Positions 18,125 to 26,910 of a DNA stretch of 36,152 nucleotides are shown piece after piece. The notes under the pieces are model-generated. The model saw only the letters and a list, made by a program, of their open reading frames with translations. It was not told the origin of the DNA and did no database searches. The DNA comes from an uncultured Clostridia bacterium (GTDB taxonomy: Bacteria; Bacillota; Clostridia; Christensenellales; Borkfalkiaceae). How positions within the stretch are numbered: position 1 is the stretch's first letter; each line of letters starts with the position of its first letter. The stretch spans positions 1 through 36,152 of the forward strand of contig CALVTZ010000001.1 in assembly GCA_944363255.1 (NCBI GenBank), read 5' to 3'. Position numbers and translations under genes: made by a program.

Positions 18125-19659
18125 GCGTCCTCCTTGACGGCGTGTGCGCCGTTTTCTTTGTCGAGTTCGTAGGAGAAGTTCTCCTCTTTGTCATGGGAAT
18201 CATACCACACCTGCGCGAAGAATGGTACCGATTTGCTCAAACGGTCGAACTTCCAGGGTGCAGGCTGGCAGCACTTGGGGCACCAATGCCCGCCGCGCAG
18301 CACGGTGAAGGGCGTCATCTTGAAGGTGTGCCCCTCGCTGCAGCGCCAGCTCACCTTGTCGTACGCGCCCGTCATCTCCTGCGCAAGGCATTCGCCGCCG
18401 CGGAACCTGGCAGCCGATCTGAGATCGTCCAGCGTCCACGTTGCAATGGGCTTCTTGTCGTCGAAGCCGTGGTCGAGCACATACGCCTGCGCGCTCTCGT
18501 CCGCGCGCATTTTGTCGTAGTCGCCGAAGTCGCCCTTCGCAATGAGCTTTTGCTCTGCCCAGCTTGCGGGCAGCGCCTTGACGCCCTCTTCTCCCCCGAA
18601 GTACGCCTGCACACGCGCCGCGTCCCCCTGCTTCACCCATTGACGGGGAGAGTTGGGGTGCTTGAGCAGCCTGCGGAAGAGGAAGAAGTGGATGAGCTTT
18701 GCGGGCACGAAGCGCCCCAGCGTAAAGATGCGGTGGTGGGAGGCGATCTCCTGCCAATACCCCTTTACGTCGTCGCGCTGGTAGGAGAAGAGCTCCTCCA
18801 GCTCGTTTGCGTCTGCAAACCACAGTCCGTGGAAGTTGCGCGGGGAGAACCACGCGGGCTGGAAGAACTTCTCCGTCGAGCCGCCGATCATGGCGAAGCC
18901 GTCGTTGAAGGTGTCGTACCCCGTCTCTCTGCCCTTGGCGCCCGCGCCGATGTTGTAGATATTCTTCCAGAAGTGGGGAACTTCCCCCTTGCTGTCCCGC
19001 TCGAGGATGCGCTTCATGAGATAGCCGCTGTCGCGCGAGCTCACCCACTCGAGGGGGGCATTGAGCGTGGTGTGGAACATGAGCCCGTCGCTGATGTTGT
19101 CGTTCATCATGTTGGGGTGCAGCATCGCCGTCTGGCGCAGCACCACCCACTCTTCAAGCCCCGCCTCCAGACAGTAGCGCTCGGCATACAGCTTGTGCAT
19201 GGCGTAGGCGTCGAAGGGGCTGACGAGCAGGGGATCGCCCACTCTGCCCCACGGGTGCAGTTCGTTGCGGTTGCCGTAAAGCGCCACCGTGGAGACGTGC
19301 ACATACTTGGGCTGCCGCTTCTGCCGCTTGATGGCGTCGATGAGCGCGACGCTGCCCGCAAGATTGCACTTGTAGCTGCGCGAAAAGCTCGCGTCGGATG
19401 CGGGCGGGATGACCGCCGCCATGTGCAGAACGTAGTCCATGCCCACGACGAGCTTGTGACACACGCCCCCTTGGGCAAGTTCGCCGCGCACGATCTCCAC
19501 GCGCGAACCGTACTTTCTCTTCAGCTTTTTCGCGAGGCGATCGTTCCCCTTTCTGGGCGTGAGCAGCACGCGCGCAAGGGTGACGTCCTCCAATTCCATG
19601 ATCTGAGCAAGCGCCTCGCGTCCCATATTGCCGCTTGCGCCCGTAAATGCAACTTTCAT
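18121..19659 (-). CDS. NAD-dependent epimerase/dehydratase-family (extended SDR) protein with a C-terminal zinc-ribbon-like tail
   Basis: Rossmann motif KVAFTGASGNMG, YxxxK as YAMHK, and a C-terminal CSEGH...HWCPKCC. SD AGGAGA upstream. Confidence 0.8.
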   Translation of the reverse strand: MKVAFTGASGNMGREALAQIMELEDVTLARVLLTPRKGNDRLAKKLKRKYGSRVEIVRGELAQGGVCHKLVVGMDYVLHMAAVIPPASDASFSRSYKCNLAGSVALIDAIKRQKRQPKYVHVSTVALYGNRNELHPWGRVGDPLLVSPFDAYAMHKLYAERYCLEAGLEEWVVLRQTAMLHPNMMNDNISDGLMFHTTLNAPLEWVSSRDSGYLMKRILERDSKGEVPHFWKNIYNIGAGAKGRETGYDTFNDGFAMIGGSTEKFFQPAWFSPRNFHGLWFADANELEELFSYQRDDVKGYWQEIASHHRIFTLGRFVPAKLIHFFLFRRLLKHPNSPRQWVKQGDAARVQAYFGGEEGVKALPASWAEQKLIAKGDFGDYDKMRADESAQAYVLDHGFDDKKPIATWTLDDLRSAARFRGGECLAQEMTGAYDKVSWRCSEGHTFKMTPFTVLRGGHWCPKCCQPAPWKFDRLSKSVPFFAQVWYDSHDKEENFSYELDKENGAHAVKEDA

Positions 19660-19694
19660 CGTTCTCTCATTCTCCTATCGTAAAAAGCGCCACC

Positions 19695-19724
19695 ATTATA
19701 CAACAATTTATGACAACGTGTCAA
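19695..19724 (-). promoter_or_regulatory. Consensus promoter of the SDR/ferredoxin operon
   Basis: Minus strand: TTGACA (19724-19719), 18 nt, TATAAT (19700-19695). It lies about 35 nt upstream of ATG 19659. Confidence 0.7.
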
Positions 19725-19761
19725 CTGTGTAACGGTTTTGTATGACAATTTCTTTGCGCTC

Positions 19762-19811
19762 CGTCAAAAAAATTGCAAAAGCGCGGGCGGGGAATTGCTC
19801 CCCGCCCGCGC
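19762..19811 (-). terminator. Rho-independent terminator downstream of tex
   Basis: A 13-bp stem, gcgcgggcgggga (19781-19793) with tccccgcccgcgc (19799-19811), loop attgc. On the minus strand it is followed by TTTTGCAATTTTTTT. Confidence 0.85.
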
Positions 19812-19835
19812 GTCGATACCCTCTCTATGCCGCCG

Positions 19836-22013
19836 TCAGTCCATCGACTTGGGCTTTTTCATGGTGAGCGAGATGCGCTTTTTCGCCTCGTCCACGTCCT
19901 TCACCCACACGGTGACGACGTCGCCCACGGAGAGCACCTCCGAGGCGTGGCGAATAAAACGGTCGCTGATTTGAGAGACGTGCACGAGCCCGTCCTGGTG
20001 CACGCCGATGTCGACGAACGCACCGAAATCGATGACGTTGCGCACCGTGCCCTTGAGCTCCATGCCCCGCTTGAGGTCCTTGATCTCCAATACGTCTGTG
20101 CGAAGTACGGGCGCGGGCAGCTCGTCGCGGGGATCGCGGCCGGGCTTTTTCAGCGCCTCTGCAATGTCGAACAGGGTGGGAAGTCCCACGCCGCACGCCT
20201 CCGCCGCGCGCTCTTCGCCGTACTTGTTGAGGCGGCTCATGAGATAGTCCAGCCTGCCCGCCTTCACGTCCTCCTTGGTGTAATCGCACAGGGCGAGCAG
20301 CTTTTCCGCCGCCGCGTACGACTCGGGGTGCACGGAGGTGTTGTCCAGCACCTGCGCGCTCTCGGGCACGCGCAGGAAGCCCGCGCACTGCTCGAATGCC
20401 TTCGCACCCAGCTTGGGCACCTTCATGATCTCCTTGCGGGAGGAGAAGGCGCCGTTTTCCTCGCGGTACTTGACGATATTCGCCGCCGTGCCCGCATTCA
20501 GCCCCGACACGCGGGAGAGAAGGGGCGCGGACGCGGTGTTGAGGTCGACGCCCACGGCGTTCACGCAGTCCTCCACCACGCCGTCGAGCGCCTCGGACAG
20601 CCGCTTTTCGGGCATATCGTGCTGGTACTGCCCCACGCCGATGGACTTGGGATCGATCTTGACGAGCTCGGCGAGGGGATCCTGCATACGGCGGGCAATG
20701 GAGACAGCCGAGCGCAGGTTTACGTCAAATTCGGGGAATTCCTTGGCGGCGAGCGGGGACGCGGAGTACACCGACGCGCCCGCCTCGTTGACGATCATAT
20801 ACGACACGCCCGAACCCCGCCCCAGCGAGGAGATGAGTTCCACCGTCATCTGCTCCGTCTCGCGGCTTGCCGTGCCGTTGCCGATGGCGATGTGGCGCAC
20901 TTTGTGCTTTTTGATGAGCGCGGAGAGGGCGCGGATGCTGCCCGCCTTGCCCGCCTCCCCGTGCGTGGGATAGACGACGGTGGTATCCAGCACCTTGCCC
21001 GTGCCGTCCACCACGGCGACCTTGCAGCCCATGCGGTAGCCGGGATCCAGCCCCATGGTGACAAAGCCCTTGACGGGGCGCTGCATGAGCAGGGGGCGCA
21101 GGTTGAGGGCGAACTGTCCGATCGCTCCCTCGCTCGCCTGTTCGGTAAGCAGGGCGCGCACCTCGCGCTCGATGCTGGGCGCGATGAGACGGTCGTATGC
21201 GTCCTCCGCCGCCTCCTTGACGAACTGCGTGGAGGCGCAGGCGGGCGACTTGACGACGACGCCGTTCACGCACGCGAGGGCGACCTCGCGGTTGATGGCG
21301 ACTTCCGCCTTGAGGATCTCCTCCCGCTCGCCGCGGTTGATGGCGAGCACCTGGTGCCCCTGCACCTTGGAGACGGGCGAGGAGAAGGCATAGTAATTGC
21401 GATAGACGCTGTCCTCGGGCTCCTTCTTTGCGGAGACGCTGTTGAGGTCTCCCCGCTCCAGCGTGAGCGTACGCACGCGCTTGCGCACCTCCGCATCGTC
21501 CGAGATGAGCTCGGCGACGATATCGTGCGCGCCCGCAAGAGCCGCTTCCACGCTCTCCACTCCCTTTTCCGCGTCGACGTACTCCTTTGCCGCCTCCTCG
21601 GGAAGGGGGCAGTCCGCCTCCTGCGCATACAGCAGCAGGGCGAGCGGCTCCAACCCCTTTTCGCGGGCGATGGTGGCACGCGTGCGCCGCTTTTGCTTGT
21701 AGGGACGATAGAGATCCTCCACCTCTGCAAGCGTCTTTGCCTCGTCGATGGCGCGGGCGAGCTCTTCGGTGAGTTTGCCCTGATTTTCGATGGAAGTCTT
21801 GACCTCGCCGCGGCGCGCCTCCAGATTGCGCAGATAGGCAAGGCGGTCTGCAAGGGTGCGGATGGCTTGATCGTCCATTGCGCCGTGCATCTCCTTGCGG
21901 TAGCGCGCGATGAAGGGCACGGTGTTGCCCTCATCCAAAAGGTTGATGACGTTTTCTACGTACTCCTCTTTTTTGCCGAGCTCCTCGGCGAGGATGTGTG
22001 CGATGCTCTGCAT
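19836..22013 (-). CDS. tex: Tex-like transcription accessory protein (YqgF/HhH/S1 RNA-binding domains)
   Basis: The N-terminus IAEELGKKEEYVENVINLLDEGNTVPFIARYRKE is diagnostic of Tex. The C-terminal S1 domain is LKGTVRNVIDFGAFVDIGVHQDGLVHVSQI. Length is 725 aa. Confidence 0.93.
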   Translation of the reverse strand: MQSIAHILAEELGKKEEYVENVINLLDEGNTVPFIARYRKEMHGAMDDQAIRTLADRLAYLRNLEARRGEVKTSIENQGKLTEELARAIDEAKTLAEVEDLYRPYKQKRRTRATIAREKGLEPLALLLYAQEADCPLPEEAAKEYVDAEKGVESVEAALAGAHDIVAELISDDAEVRKRVRTLTLERGDLNSVSAKKEPEDSVYRNYYAFSSPVSKVQGHQVLAINRGEREEILKAEVAINREVALACVNGVVVKSPACASTQFVKEAAEDAYDRLIAPSIEREVRALLTEQASEGAIGQFALNLRPLLMQRPVKGFVTMGLDPGYRMGCKVAVVDGTGKVLDTTVVYPTHGEAGKAGSIRALSALIKKHKVRHIAIGNGTASRETEQMTVELISSLGRGSGVSYMIVNEAGASVYSASPLAAKEFPEFDVNLRSAVSIARRMQDPLAELVKIDPKSIGVGQYQHDMPEKRLSEALDGVVEDCVNAVGVDLNTASAPLLSRVSGLNAGTAANIVKYREENGAFSSRKEIMKVPKLGAKAFEQCAGFLRVPESAQVLDNTSVHPESYAAAEKLLALCDYTKEDVKAGRLDYLMSRLNKYGEERAAEACGVGLPTLFDIAEALKKPGRDPRDELPAPVLRTDVLEIKDLKRGMELKGTVRNVIDFGAFVDIGVHQDGLVHVSQISDRFIRHASEVLSVGDVVTVWVKDVDEAKKRISLTMKKPKSMD

Positions 22014-22101
22014 ACAGGTCTCCTTAACAATATCGCCTTATCTTACCACAATCCGCGGCAATTTGCAAGAGGAAACGCAAAAAAAGCGGGCGGGGCTTTT
22101 T

Positions 22102-22770
22102 TCAGAGCAGCATGATGAGAATGCTGACGAACTGCAGGGTGGTGCCGAGCACGTCGAAGAGGTGCCACACGCTGTGGAAGTAGCGCACCCGCTTGCCCAG
22201 CGCGAAAAAGACGATGCCCGCCGTGTAAGCGACGCCCCCCGCAAGCAGCAGATAAAAACTTGCCGCGGGCACGAGCGCGTGCAGCGGGCGCAGGAAGGCG
22301 AGCGCCATCCAGCCCATGACCACGTACAGCGCCATGGAGACGCCCTTGACAAACTTGTTTTGCATGGCAACGGCGTTCATGGTGATGCCGACTGCCGCCA
22401 GCCCCCATTGCAGCGCGAGGCACACCGTGCCCACCGTCGTGCCGCCGAGCCCGATGACGCAGCAGGGCGTGTACGTGCCCGCGATGAGCAAAAAGATGGT
22501 GCAGTGGTCGAAGATGCGAAAGACGTACTTCGCCCTTCCCGCAGGCAAAAAGTGGTAGAGCGCGGACATGGTATAGAGCAATACGCTGCCCACCCCGAAC
22601 GCGGACACCGCGGCGAGATAGGCGGGCACGGGCGCGGCGTAGTAGAGCAGCACCGCCCAAAAGACGAGCCCCAGCGCGCCCCCTGCAATGTGGGAGACGG
22701 CGTTGAAGATCTCCTCCCCCCTGCTGTAACGAATGAGCCCCGCACGCGCGGGCTTTGCGATCGTTTGCAT
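22102..22770 (-). CDS. trhA: Hemolysin III / PAQR-family membrane protein
   Basis: EEIFNAVSHIAGGALGLVF, seven predicted TM segments, the HSVWHLFV-type C-terminal motif (FHSVWHLFDVLG), and SD AAGGAGG. Confidence 0.85.
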   Translation of the reverse strand: MQTIAKPARAGLIRYSRGEEIFNAVSHIAGGALGLVFWAVLLYYAAPVPAYLAAVSAFGVGSVLLYTMSALYHFLPAGRAKYVFRIFDHCTIFLLIAGTYTPCCVIGLGGTTVGTVCLALQWGLAAVGITMNAVAMQNKFVKGVSMALYVVMGWMALAFLRPLHALVPAASFYLLLAGGVAYTAGIVFFALGKRVRYFHSVWHLFDVLGTTLQFVSILIMLL

Positions 22771-22933
22771 AGACAGCCTCCTTGTTTGAGCTTCCCCTCT
22801 ATTATAGCCGCTGCGCGCAAAAAATGCTCCCTATTCCTTCACTCCCTCGGCGCTATTGAATTTTTGCCCCCTTCTATCCCGCAAACCGCCCGCTCTACCC
22901 TGCGTAGAGCGCCCTCTCCCGCCCCTTTCGCAC

Positions 22934-22959
22934 AAAAAACGGGCGCCCGAAGGCGCCCG
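22934..22959 (-). terminator. Rho-independent terminator after the zinc-ribbon gene
   Basis: cgggcgcc (22940-22947), cgaa, ggcgcccg (22952-22959). On the minus strand it is followed by TTTTTT (22939-22934). Confidence 0.85.
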
Positions 22960-22975
22960 CAAAGCAAAATAGCGT

Positions 22976-23305
22976 TTACTTTTTGTTGAACACGATGAAG
23001 AGGACGATGAACACGACCGCCGCGACGATGCCCACGATGGTGGTGACGAACTTGATCTTCTTCATCTTTTCGGGATCCATGGGCTTGTAGCCCACGGGCT
23101 CCAACTTCCCCTCGCAGTAGGGGCACTTGGTCATGTGATCGAGCACGCTCTTGCCGCAGTGCGGACAGTCGACGGCGTGCTTTTTGAGGCGGGCGAGCCG
23201 CTTTTCACGGCGCGCTTCCGCACGCTCCGCTTCGCGCGCCTCGCGCTCCGCTTCGCGTTCTGCCCGTTCGATCTCCTTCTCTTCCTTGGTGAGTTTTCTT
23301 CCCAT
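22976..23305 (-). CDS. Small zinc-ribbon membrane protein (charged coiled-coil N-terminus, CxxC...CxxC, C-terminal TM helix)
   Basis: EREAEREAREAERAEARREKRLARLKK, then CPHCGKSVLDHMTKCPYCEG, then the TM segment FVTTIVGIVAAVVFIVLFIVF. Confidence 0.7.
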   Translation of the reverse strand: MGRKLTKEEKEIERAEREAEREAREAERAEARREKRLARLKKHAVDCPHCGKSVLDHMTKCPYCEGKLEPVGYKPMDPEKMKKIKFVTTIVGIVAAVVFIVLFIVFNKK

Positions 23306-23311
23306 ACCCTG

Positions 23312-23320
23312 ATTATACCA
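23312..23320 (-). promoter_or_regulatory. Extended -10 element (TGgTATAAT) placed for a leaderless transcript of the zinc-ribbon gene
   Basis: Minus strand TGG-TATAAT (23320-23312). Six nt separate the hexamer from ATG 23305-23303. No SD is present. Confidence 0.35.
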
Positions 23321-23347
23321 CCGATCGCACGCCGAAGCAAGCGTTCT

Positions 23348-23584
23348 TCACATGGATTCGTGAATGGTGCGGGAGATGACGTCGTCCTGCTGCTCCTTGG
23401 TGAGCTTGTTGAAGTTGACGGCATACCCGCTCACGCGCACGGTGAGCTGGGGATATTTTTCGGGATGCGCCTGCGCGTCGAGCAGCGTATCGCGGTTGAA
23501 CACGTTTACGTTGAGGTGATAGCCGCCGTCGCCCACATAGGCGTCGAGCATATTGACGAGGTTTTCCGCTTGCTGTTTGGACAT
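23348..23584 (-). CDS. grcA: Stand-alone glycyl-radical domain protein (GrcA/YfiD-like) corresponding to the missing C-terminus of the adjacent PflB
   Basis: [51 protein letters not shown] carries the RVSGYAV glycyl-radical fingerprint. It has its own SD, AAGGAGGA, 7 nt upstream of ATG 23584. Confidence 0.9.
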   Translation of the reverse strand: MSKQQAENLVNMLDAYVGDGGYHLNVNVFNRDTLLDAQAHPEKYPQLTVRVSGYAVNFNKLTKEQQDDVISRTIHESM

Positions 23585-23606
23585 GATTTCTTCCTCCTTG
23601 AAATAA

Positions 23607-25643
23607 TTAGTCGTCGTCCTTGCCCAGCGAATTGGGCGTGATGGAGAAGGTGTTGGAGATGCCGTCGCGCGAGTAGTCGTACGGGAGCTTGGCGACCGAT
23701 TCGAGGGACGCCAGCGCGCCGTTGTGATCGCGCCCGTGCATGGGATTCGCGCCCGGTGCGAGGGGCTGACCTGCCCGCCGCCCGTCCGGGGTGTTGCCCG
23801 TCTTTTTGCCGTACACCACGTTGCTCGTGATGGTGAGAATGGACATGGTGGGCACCGATTCGCGGTAGGTGAAGTGCGAGCTCACCTTGTTCATGAACGT
23901 CTTGACGAGCCACACGGCGATCTCGTCTGCGCGGTCGTCGTTGTTGCCGTACTTGGGATAGTCGCCCTCGATCTTAAAGTCGGTGACGATGCCCTTCTCG
24001 TTGCGGATGGGGTACACCTTGGCGTACTTGATGGCGGAGAGGCTGTCTGCCGCGCAGGAGAGCCCCGCCACGCCCGTTGCGAAGAAGCGGCGCACCTTGC
24101 TGTCGTGCAGCGCCATCTCCAGCGCCTCGTAGCAGTACTTGTCGTGCATATAGTGGATGACGTTGAGCGTGTTCACGTAAAGCCCTGCGAGCCACGTCAT
24201 CATTTGGTCATACTTTTTGAGAACGTCCTCGTAAACGAGGGCACCATCGCCCAGGACGGGGGCAAATTCGGGGGAAACTTGCAAGGGGTTTCCCGCCTTG
24301 TCGCAGCACAGCTCGTCCTTGCCGCCGTTGATGGCATACAGCAGGCACTTGGCGAGGTTGGCGCGCGCACCGAAGAACTGCATATCCTTGCCCACGCGCA
24401 TACTCGATACGCAGCAGGCGATGCAGTAGTCGTCCCCCATCTCGGGGCGCATGAGGTCGTCGCTCTCGTATTGAATGGCGCTCGTTTGAATGGAGATCTC
24501 CGCGCAGAAGGTCTTGAAGGCGCGGGGCAGCCGCTTGGACCAGAGCACCGTGAGGTTGGGCTCGGGCGCGGGACCGAGGTTGACGAGGGTGTGCAGGATG
24601 CGGAAGCTGTTCTTAGTGACGAGCGTTCTGCCGTCCACGCCCATGCCGCCGATGGATTCCGTCACCCAGGTGGGATCGCCGCTGAACAGTTCGTTGTACT
24701 CGCGGATGCGCATAAACTTGACGACGCGCAGCTTCATGACGAAGTGGTCGATGAGCTCCTGCGCCGCCTCCTCCGTGAGCGTACCCTCGTCGAGGTCGCG
24801 CTGGATGTAGATGTCGAGGAAGGTGGAGTTCCTGCCGATGGACATTGCCGCGCCGTTCTGATCTTTGACGGCGGCAAGATAGCCGAAGTACAGCCACTGC
24901 ACCGCCTCCTGCGCCGTCTCTGCGGGGCGGGAGAGGTCGAAGCCGTAGCACGCCGCCATCTCCTTGAGCTGCTTCAACGCCTTCACCTGCTCGGCGATCT
25001 CCTCGCGGTCGCGGATCTTATCGGGCGTCATGTCGCCCGCGAGCTGCGCCTTGTCCTCCTCCTTCTTTTTGATGAGGTAGTCCACGCCGTACAGCGCCAC
25101 GCGGCGATAGTCGCCCACGATGCGCCCTCTGCCGTAGGTATCGGGCAAGCCCGTGAGGATATGCGCGTGGCGAGCGAGCCGCATCTCGGGCGTGTATGCG
25201 TCGAACACGCCGTCGTTGTGCGTCTTGCGGTACTTGGAGAAGATCTCCTTCACCTCGCCGTCCAGCTCGTAGCCGTACATTTTGAGCGCCTCTTCCGCCA
25301 TGCGGATGCCGCCGAAGGGCATGAGCGCGCGCTTGAAGGGAGCGTCCGTCTGCAGCCCCACGATCTTTTCCAGATCCTTGTTGAAGTACCCCGCTCCGTG
25401 CGAATTGACGCGGGAGACGATCTTGGTGTCCGCGTCGTACACGCCGCCGCGGGCGCGCTCCTCGCGGGTGAGCTCCATCACCTGCGCCCAGAGCGCCTTG
25501 GTCGCCTCCGTTGCGGGCGCAAGGAAGGCGGAATCCCCCTCGTAGGGGGTATAGTTGCGCTGAATGAAGTCCCTTACGTCCACTTCATCCTGCGCCCATC
25601 TGCCGCGCTCAAAGGAGCGCCATGCCCGTTCATTCATCATCAT
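23607..25643 (-). CDS. pflB: Formate C-acetyltransferase (pyruvate formate-lyase) catalytic core lacking the glycyl-radical domain
   Basis: PFL-like throughout, with active-site CC in [23 protein letters not shown]. It ends at ...[13 protein letters not shown]-stop, the position where E. coli PflB continues into the Gly-radical domain. Confidence 0.92.
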   Translation of the reverse strand: MMMNERAWRSFERGRWAQDEVDVRDFIQRNYTPYEGDSAFLAPATEATKALWAQVMELTREERARGGVYDADTKIVSRVNSHGAGYFNKDLEKIVGLQTDAPFKRALMPFGGIRMAEEALKMYGYELDGEVKEIFSKYRKTHNDGVFDAYTPEMRLARHAHILTGLPDTYGRGRIVGDYRRVALYGVDYLIKKKEEDKAQLAGDMTPDKIRDREEIAEQVKALKQLKEMAACYGFDLSRPAETAQEAVQWLYFGYLAAVKDQNGAAMSIGRNSTFLDIYIQRDLDEGTLTEEAAQELIDHFVMKLRVVKFMRIREYNELFSGDPTWVTESIGGMGVDGRTLVTKNSFRILHTLVNLGPAPEPNLTVLWSKRLPRAFKTFCAEISIQTSAIQYESDDLMRPEMGDDYCIACCVSSMRVGKDMQFFGARANLAKCLLYAINGGKDELCCDKAGNPLQVSPEFAPVLGDGALVYEDVLKKYDQMMTWLAGLYVNTLNVIHYMHDKYCYEALEMALHDSKVRRFFATGVAGLSCAADSLSAIKYAKVYPIRNEKGIVTDFKIEGDYPKYGNNDDRADEIAVWLVKTFMNKVSSHFTYRESVPTMSILTITSNVVYGKKTGNTPDGRRAGQPLAPGANPMHGRDHNGALASLESVAKLPYDYSRDGISNTFSITPNSLGKDDD

Positions 25644-25681
25644 ACGTTCTCCGTTTTATAGTCTGTGCCGCAGGGCACCTG

Positions 25682-25954
25682 TTATGCCTGCGTCTTTGCG
25701 TCCAGCCAGAGGGCGAGGATCTCTTCGGGCTGAAAGCCCGTGCAGCGCGCCACTTCCTCCCCGTCGCGGCAGACGATGAGGGTGGGAACGCGGTCGATGT
25801 GCAGCGCCGCCACCCGCTCCCCCGTCTCCTCGTTCACTTCGAGGTGTTCCACGTCCAGCCCGCGCTCCGCCGCAAGTTTTTTGACGAGCGGGAGCAGCGT
25901 ATAGCAGTTTGCGCACGACTCCCCGCTCACTTCAAGCAGTGTATAGTTTGCCAT
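25682..25954 (-). CDS. Thioredoxin-fold protein (CxxC = CANC), 90 aa
   Basis: MANYTLLEVSGESCANCYTLLPLV...RVPTLIV (cis-Pro motif). SD GGAGGG. The ATG shares one base with the pflA stop (TAATG at 25952-25956). Only the C-terminal 90 codons of track ORF 25682..26323 look real. Confidence 0.8.
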   Translation of the reverse strand: MANYTLLEVSGESCANCYTLLPLVKKLAAERGLDVEHLEVNEETGERVAALHIDRVPTLIVCRDGEEVARCTGFQPEEILALWLDAKTQA

Positions 25955-26682
25955 TACTCCCTCCCGTACTTGCCCGCGCGCAAAATGCGCTTGGCGTTTT
26001 CCACGCGCTCGCGTTCGGGCGGCTTCACCCCTTCGAGCGGATAGCTGCGCCCCAGCGCTCGGTACTTCTGCTCGCCCATGGTGTGATAGGGCAGCACCTC
26101 CACCTTCTCCACGTTGGAGAGGGTGTCGAGGAACGCCCGAAGGCGCAGCAGCGCCCCGTCGTCGTCCGTCAGCCCGGGCACGAGCACGTGCCGCACCCAC
26201 ATGGGCTTGCCCCGCTCGCTCAAAAAGCGGGCGAAGGCGAGGGGCGCCGCGTTCTCCCGCCCCGTGAGCTGCCTGTGCGCGTCCGCGTCGATGTGCTTGA
26301 TGTCGAGCAGGACGAGGTCGCACACCGCAAGCAGCTGCTCGTAGCGCGCGTCCCCCTGCTCAAAGCAGATGCCCGAGGTGTCCAGACAGGTGTGCACGCC
26401 CTTTTTTTTGAGCAGCGTGAACAGCTCGATGAGAAAATCAAGTTGGAGCAGCGGTTCGCCCCCCGTTGCGGTGACGCCGCCCCCGCCCGTGAAGTAGCTC
26501 TTATAGCGCATTGCCTCGAACGCGACTTCCTCGGCGGAGAGCATCTTGCCGCCCACCACCCAGGTATCGGGATTGTGGCAGTACTTGCAGCGCATGGGGC
26601 AGCCCTGAAAAAAGACGACGAACCGAATGCCCGGCCCGTCTACCGTGCCGAAGGATTCATAAGAATGGATATTCCCCGTCAT
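25954..26682 (-). CDS. pflA: Pyruvate formate-lyase activating enzyme (radical SAM)
   Basis: GTVDGPGIRFVVFFQGCPMRCKYCHNPDTW contains the CxxxCxxC motif. Start moved to ATG 26682 (MTGNIHSYES, SD GGAGGG 4 nt upstream). Confidence 0.9.
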   Translation of the reverse strand: MTGNIHSYESFGTVDGPGIRFVVFFQGCPMRCKYCHNPDTWVVGGKMLSAEEVAFEAMRYKSYFTGGGGVTATGGEPLLQLDFLIELFTLLKKKGVHTCLDTSGICFEQGDARYEQLLAVCDLVLLDIKHIDADAHRQLTGRENAAPLAFARFLSERGKPMWVRHVLVPGLTDDDGALLRLRAFLDTLSNVEKVEVLPYHTMGEQKYRALGRSYPLEGVKPPERERVENAKRILRAGKYGRE

Positions 26683-26715
26683 ACGCCCTCCCCTCTCTGC
26701 CCGCCCCGCGCGTGC

Positions 26716-26757
26716 GGGGAACAAAGGGCAGTTTCTACCTTACGATAAAAACTGCCC
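26716..26757 (-). terminator. Terminator-like hairpin inside the pfl leader (possible attenuator)
   Basis: In the minus-strand RNA, GGGCAGUUU (26757-26749) pairs with AAACUGCCC (26734-26726) around a 14-nt loop, followed by UUUGUU. It lies about 35 nt upstream of the pflA ATG. A second hairpin, CCCCGC-ACGC-GCGGGG (26719-26704), abuts the SD. Confidence 0.45.
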
Positions 26758-26842
26758 AGACGAACGGCTGTAACTTGGGATACGGTTCCATTGCGGTGCT
26801 CCGCAGCTTCGTCAGTTGCCGCATCCCCTTTCACTTGCCCCT

Positions 26843-26871
26843 ATCATAGCACACCGCCGCCATTCTGTCAA
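26843..26871 (-). promoter_or_regulatory. Consensus promoter of the pfl operon
   Basis: Minus strand: TTGACA (26871-26866), 17 nt, TGc-TATGAT (26850-26843). The predicted leader is about 155 nt. Confidence 0.7.
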
Positions 26872-26910
26872 GCGATGCGCGCAAGATTTCACGGGGAAGT
26901 TTTGTATGTT

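Noticed and set aside
22060-22100. Possible terminator after the hemolysin-III gene (aaaaaagcgggcggggctttttt)
   Set aside because: The stem would be almost entirely A:U with a G-rich loop, so it is too weak to call.
25955-26323. The N-terminal 123 codons of ORF 25682..26323
   Set aside because: They overlap pflA out of frame and are Arg/Ala/Gly-rich. The thioredoxin-like gene starts at the internal ATG 25954, which has its own SD.
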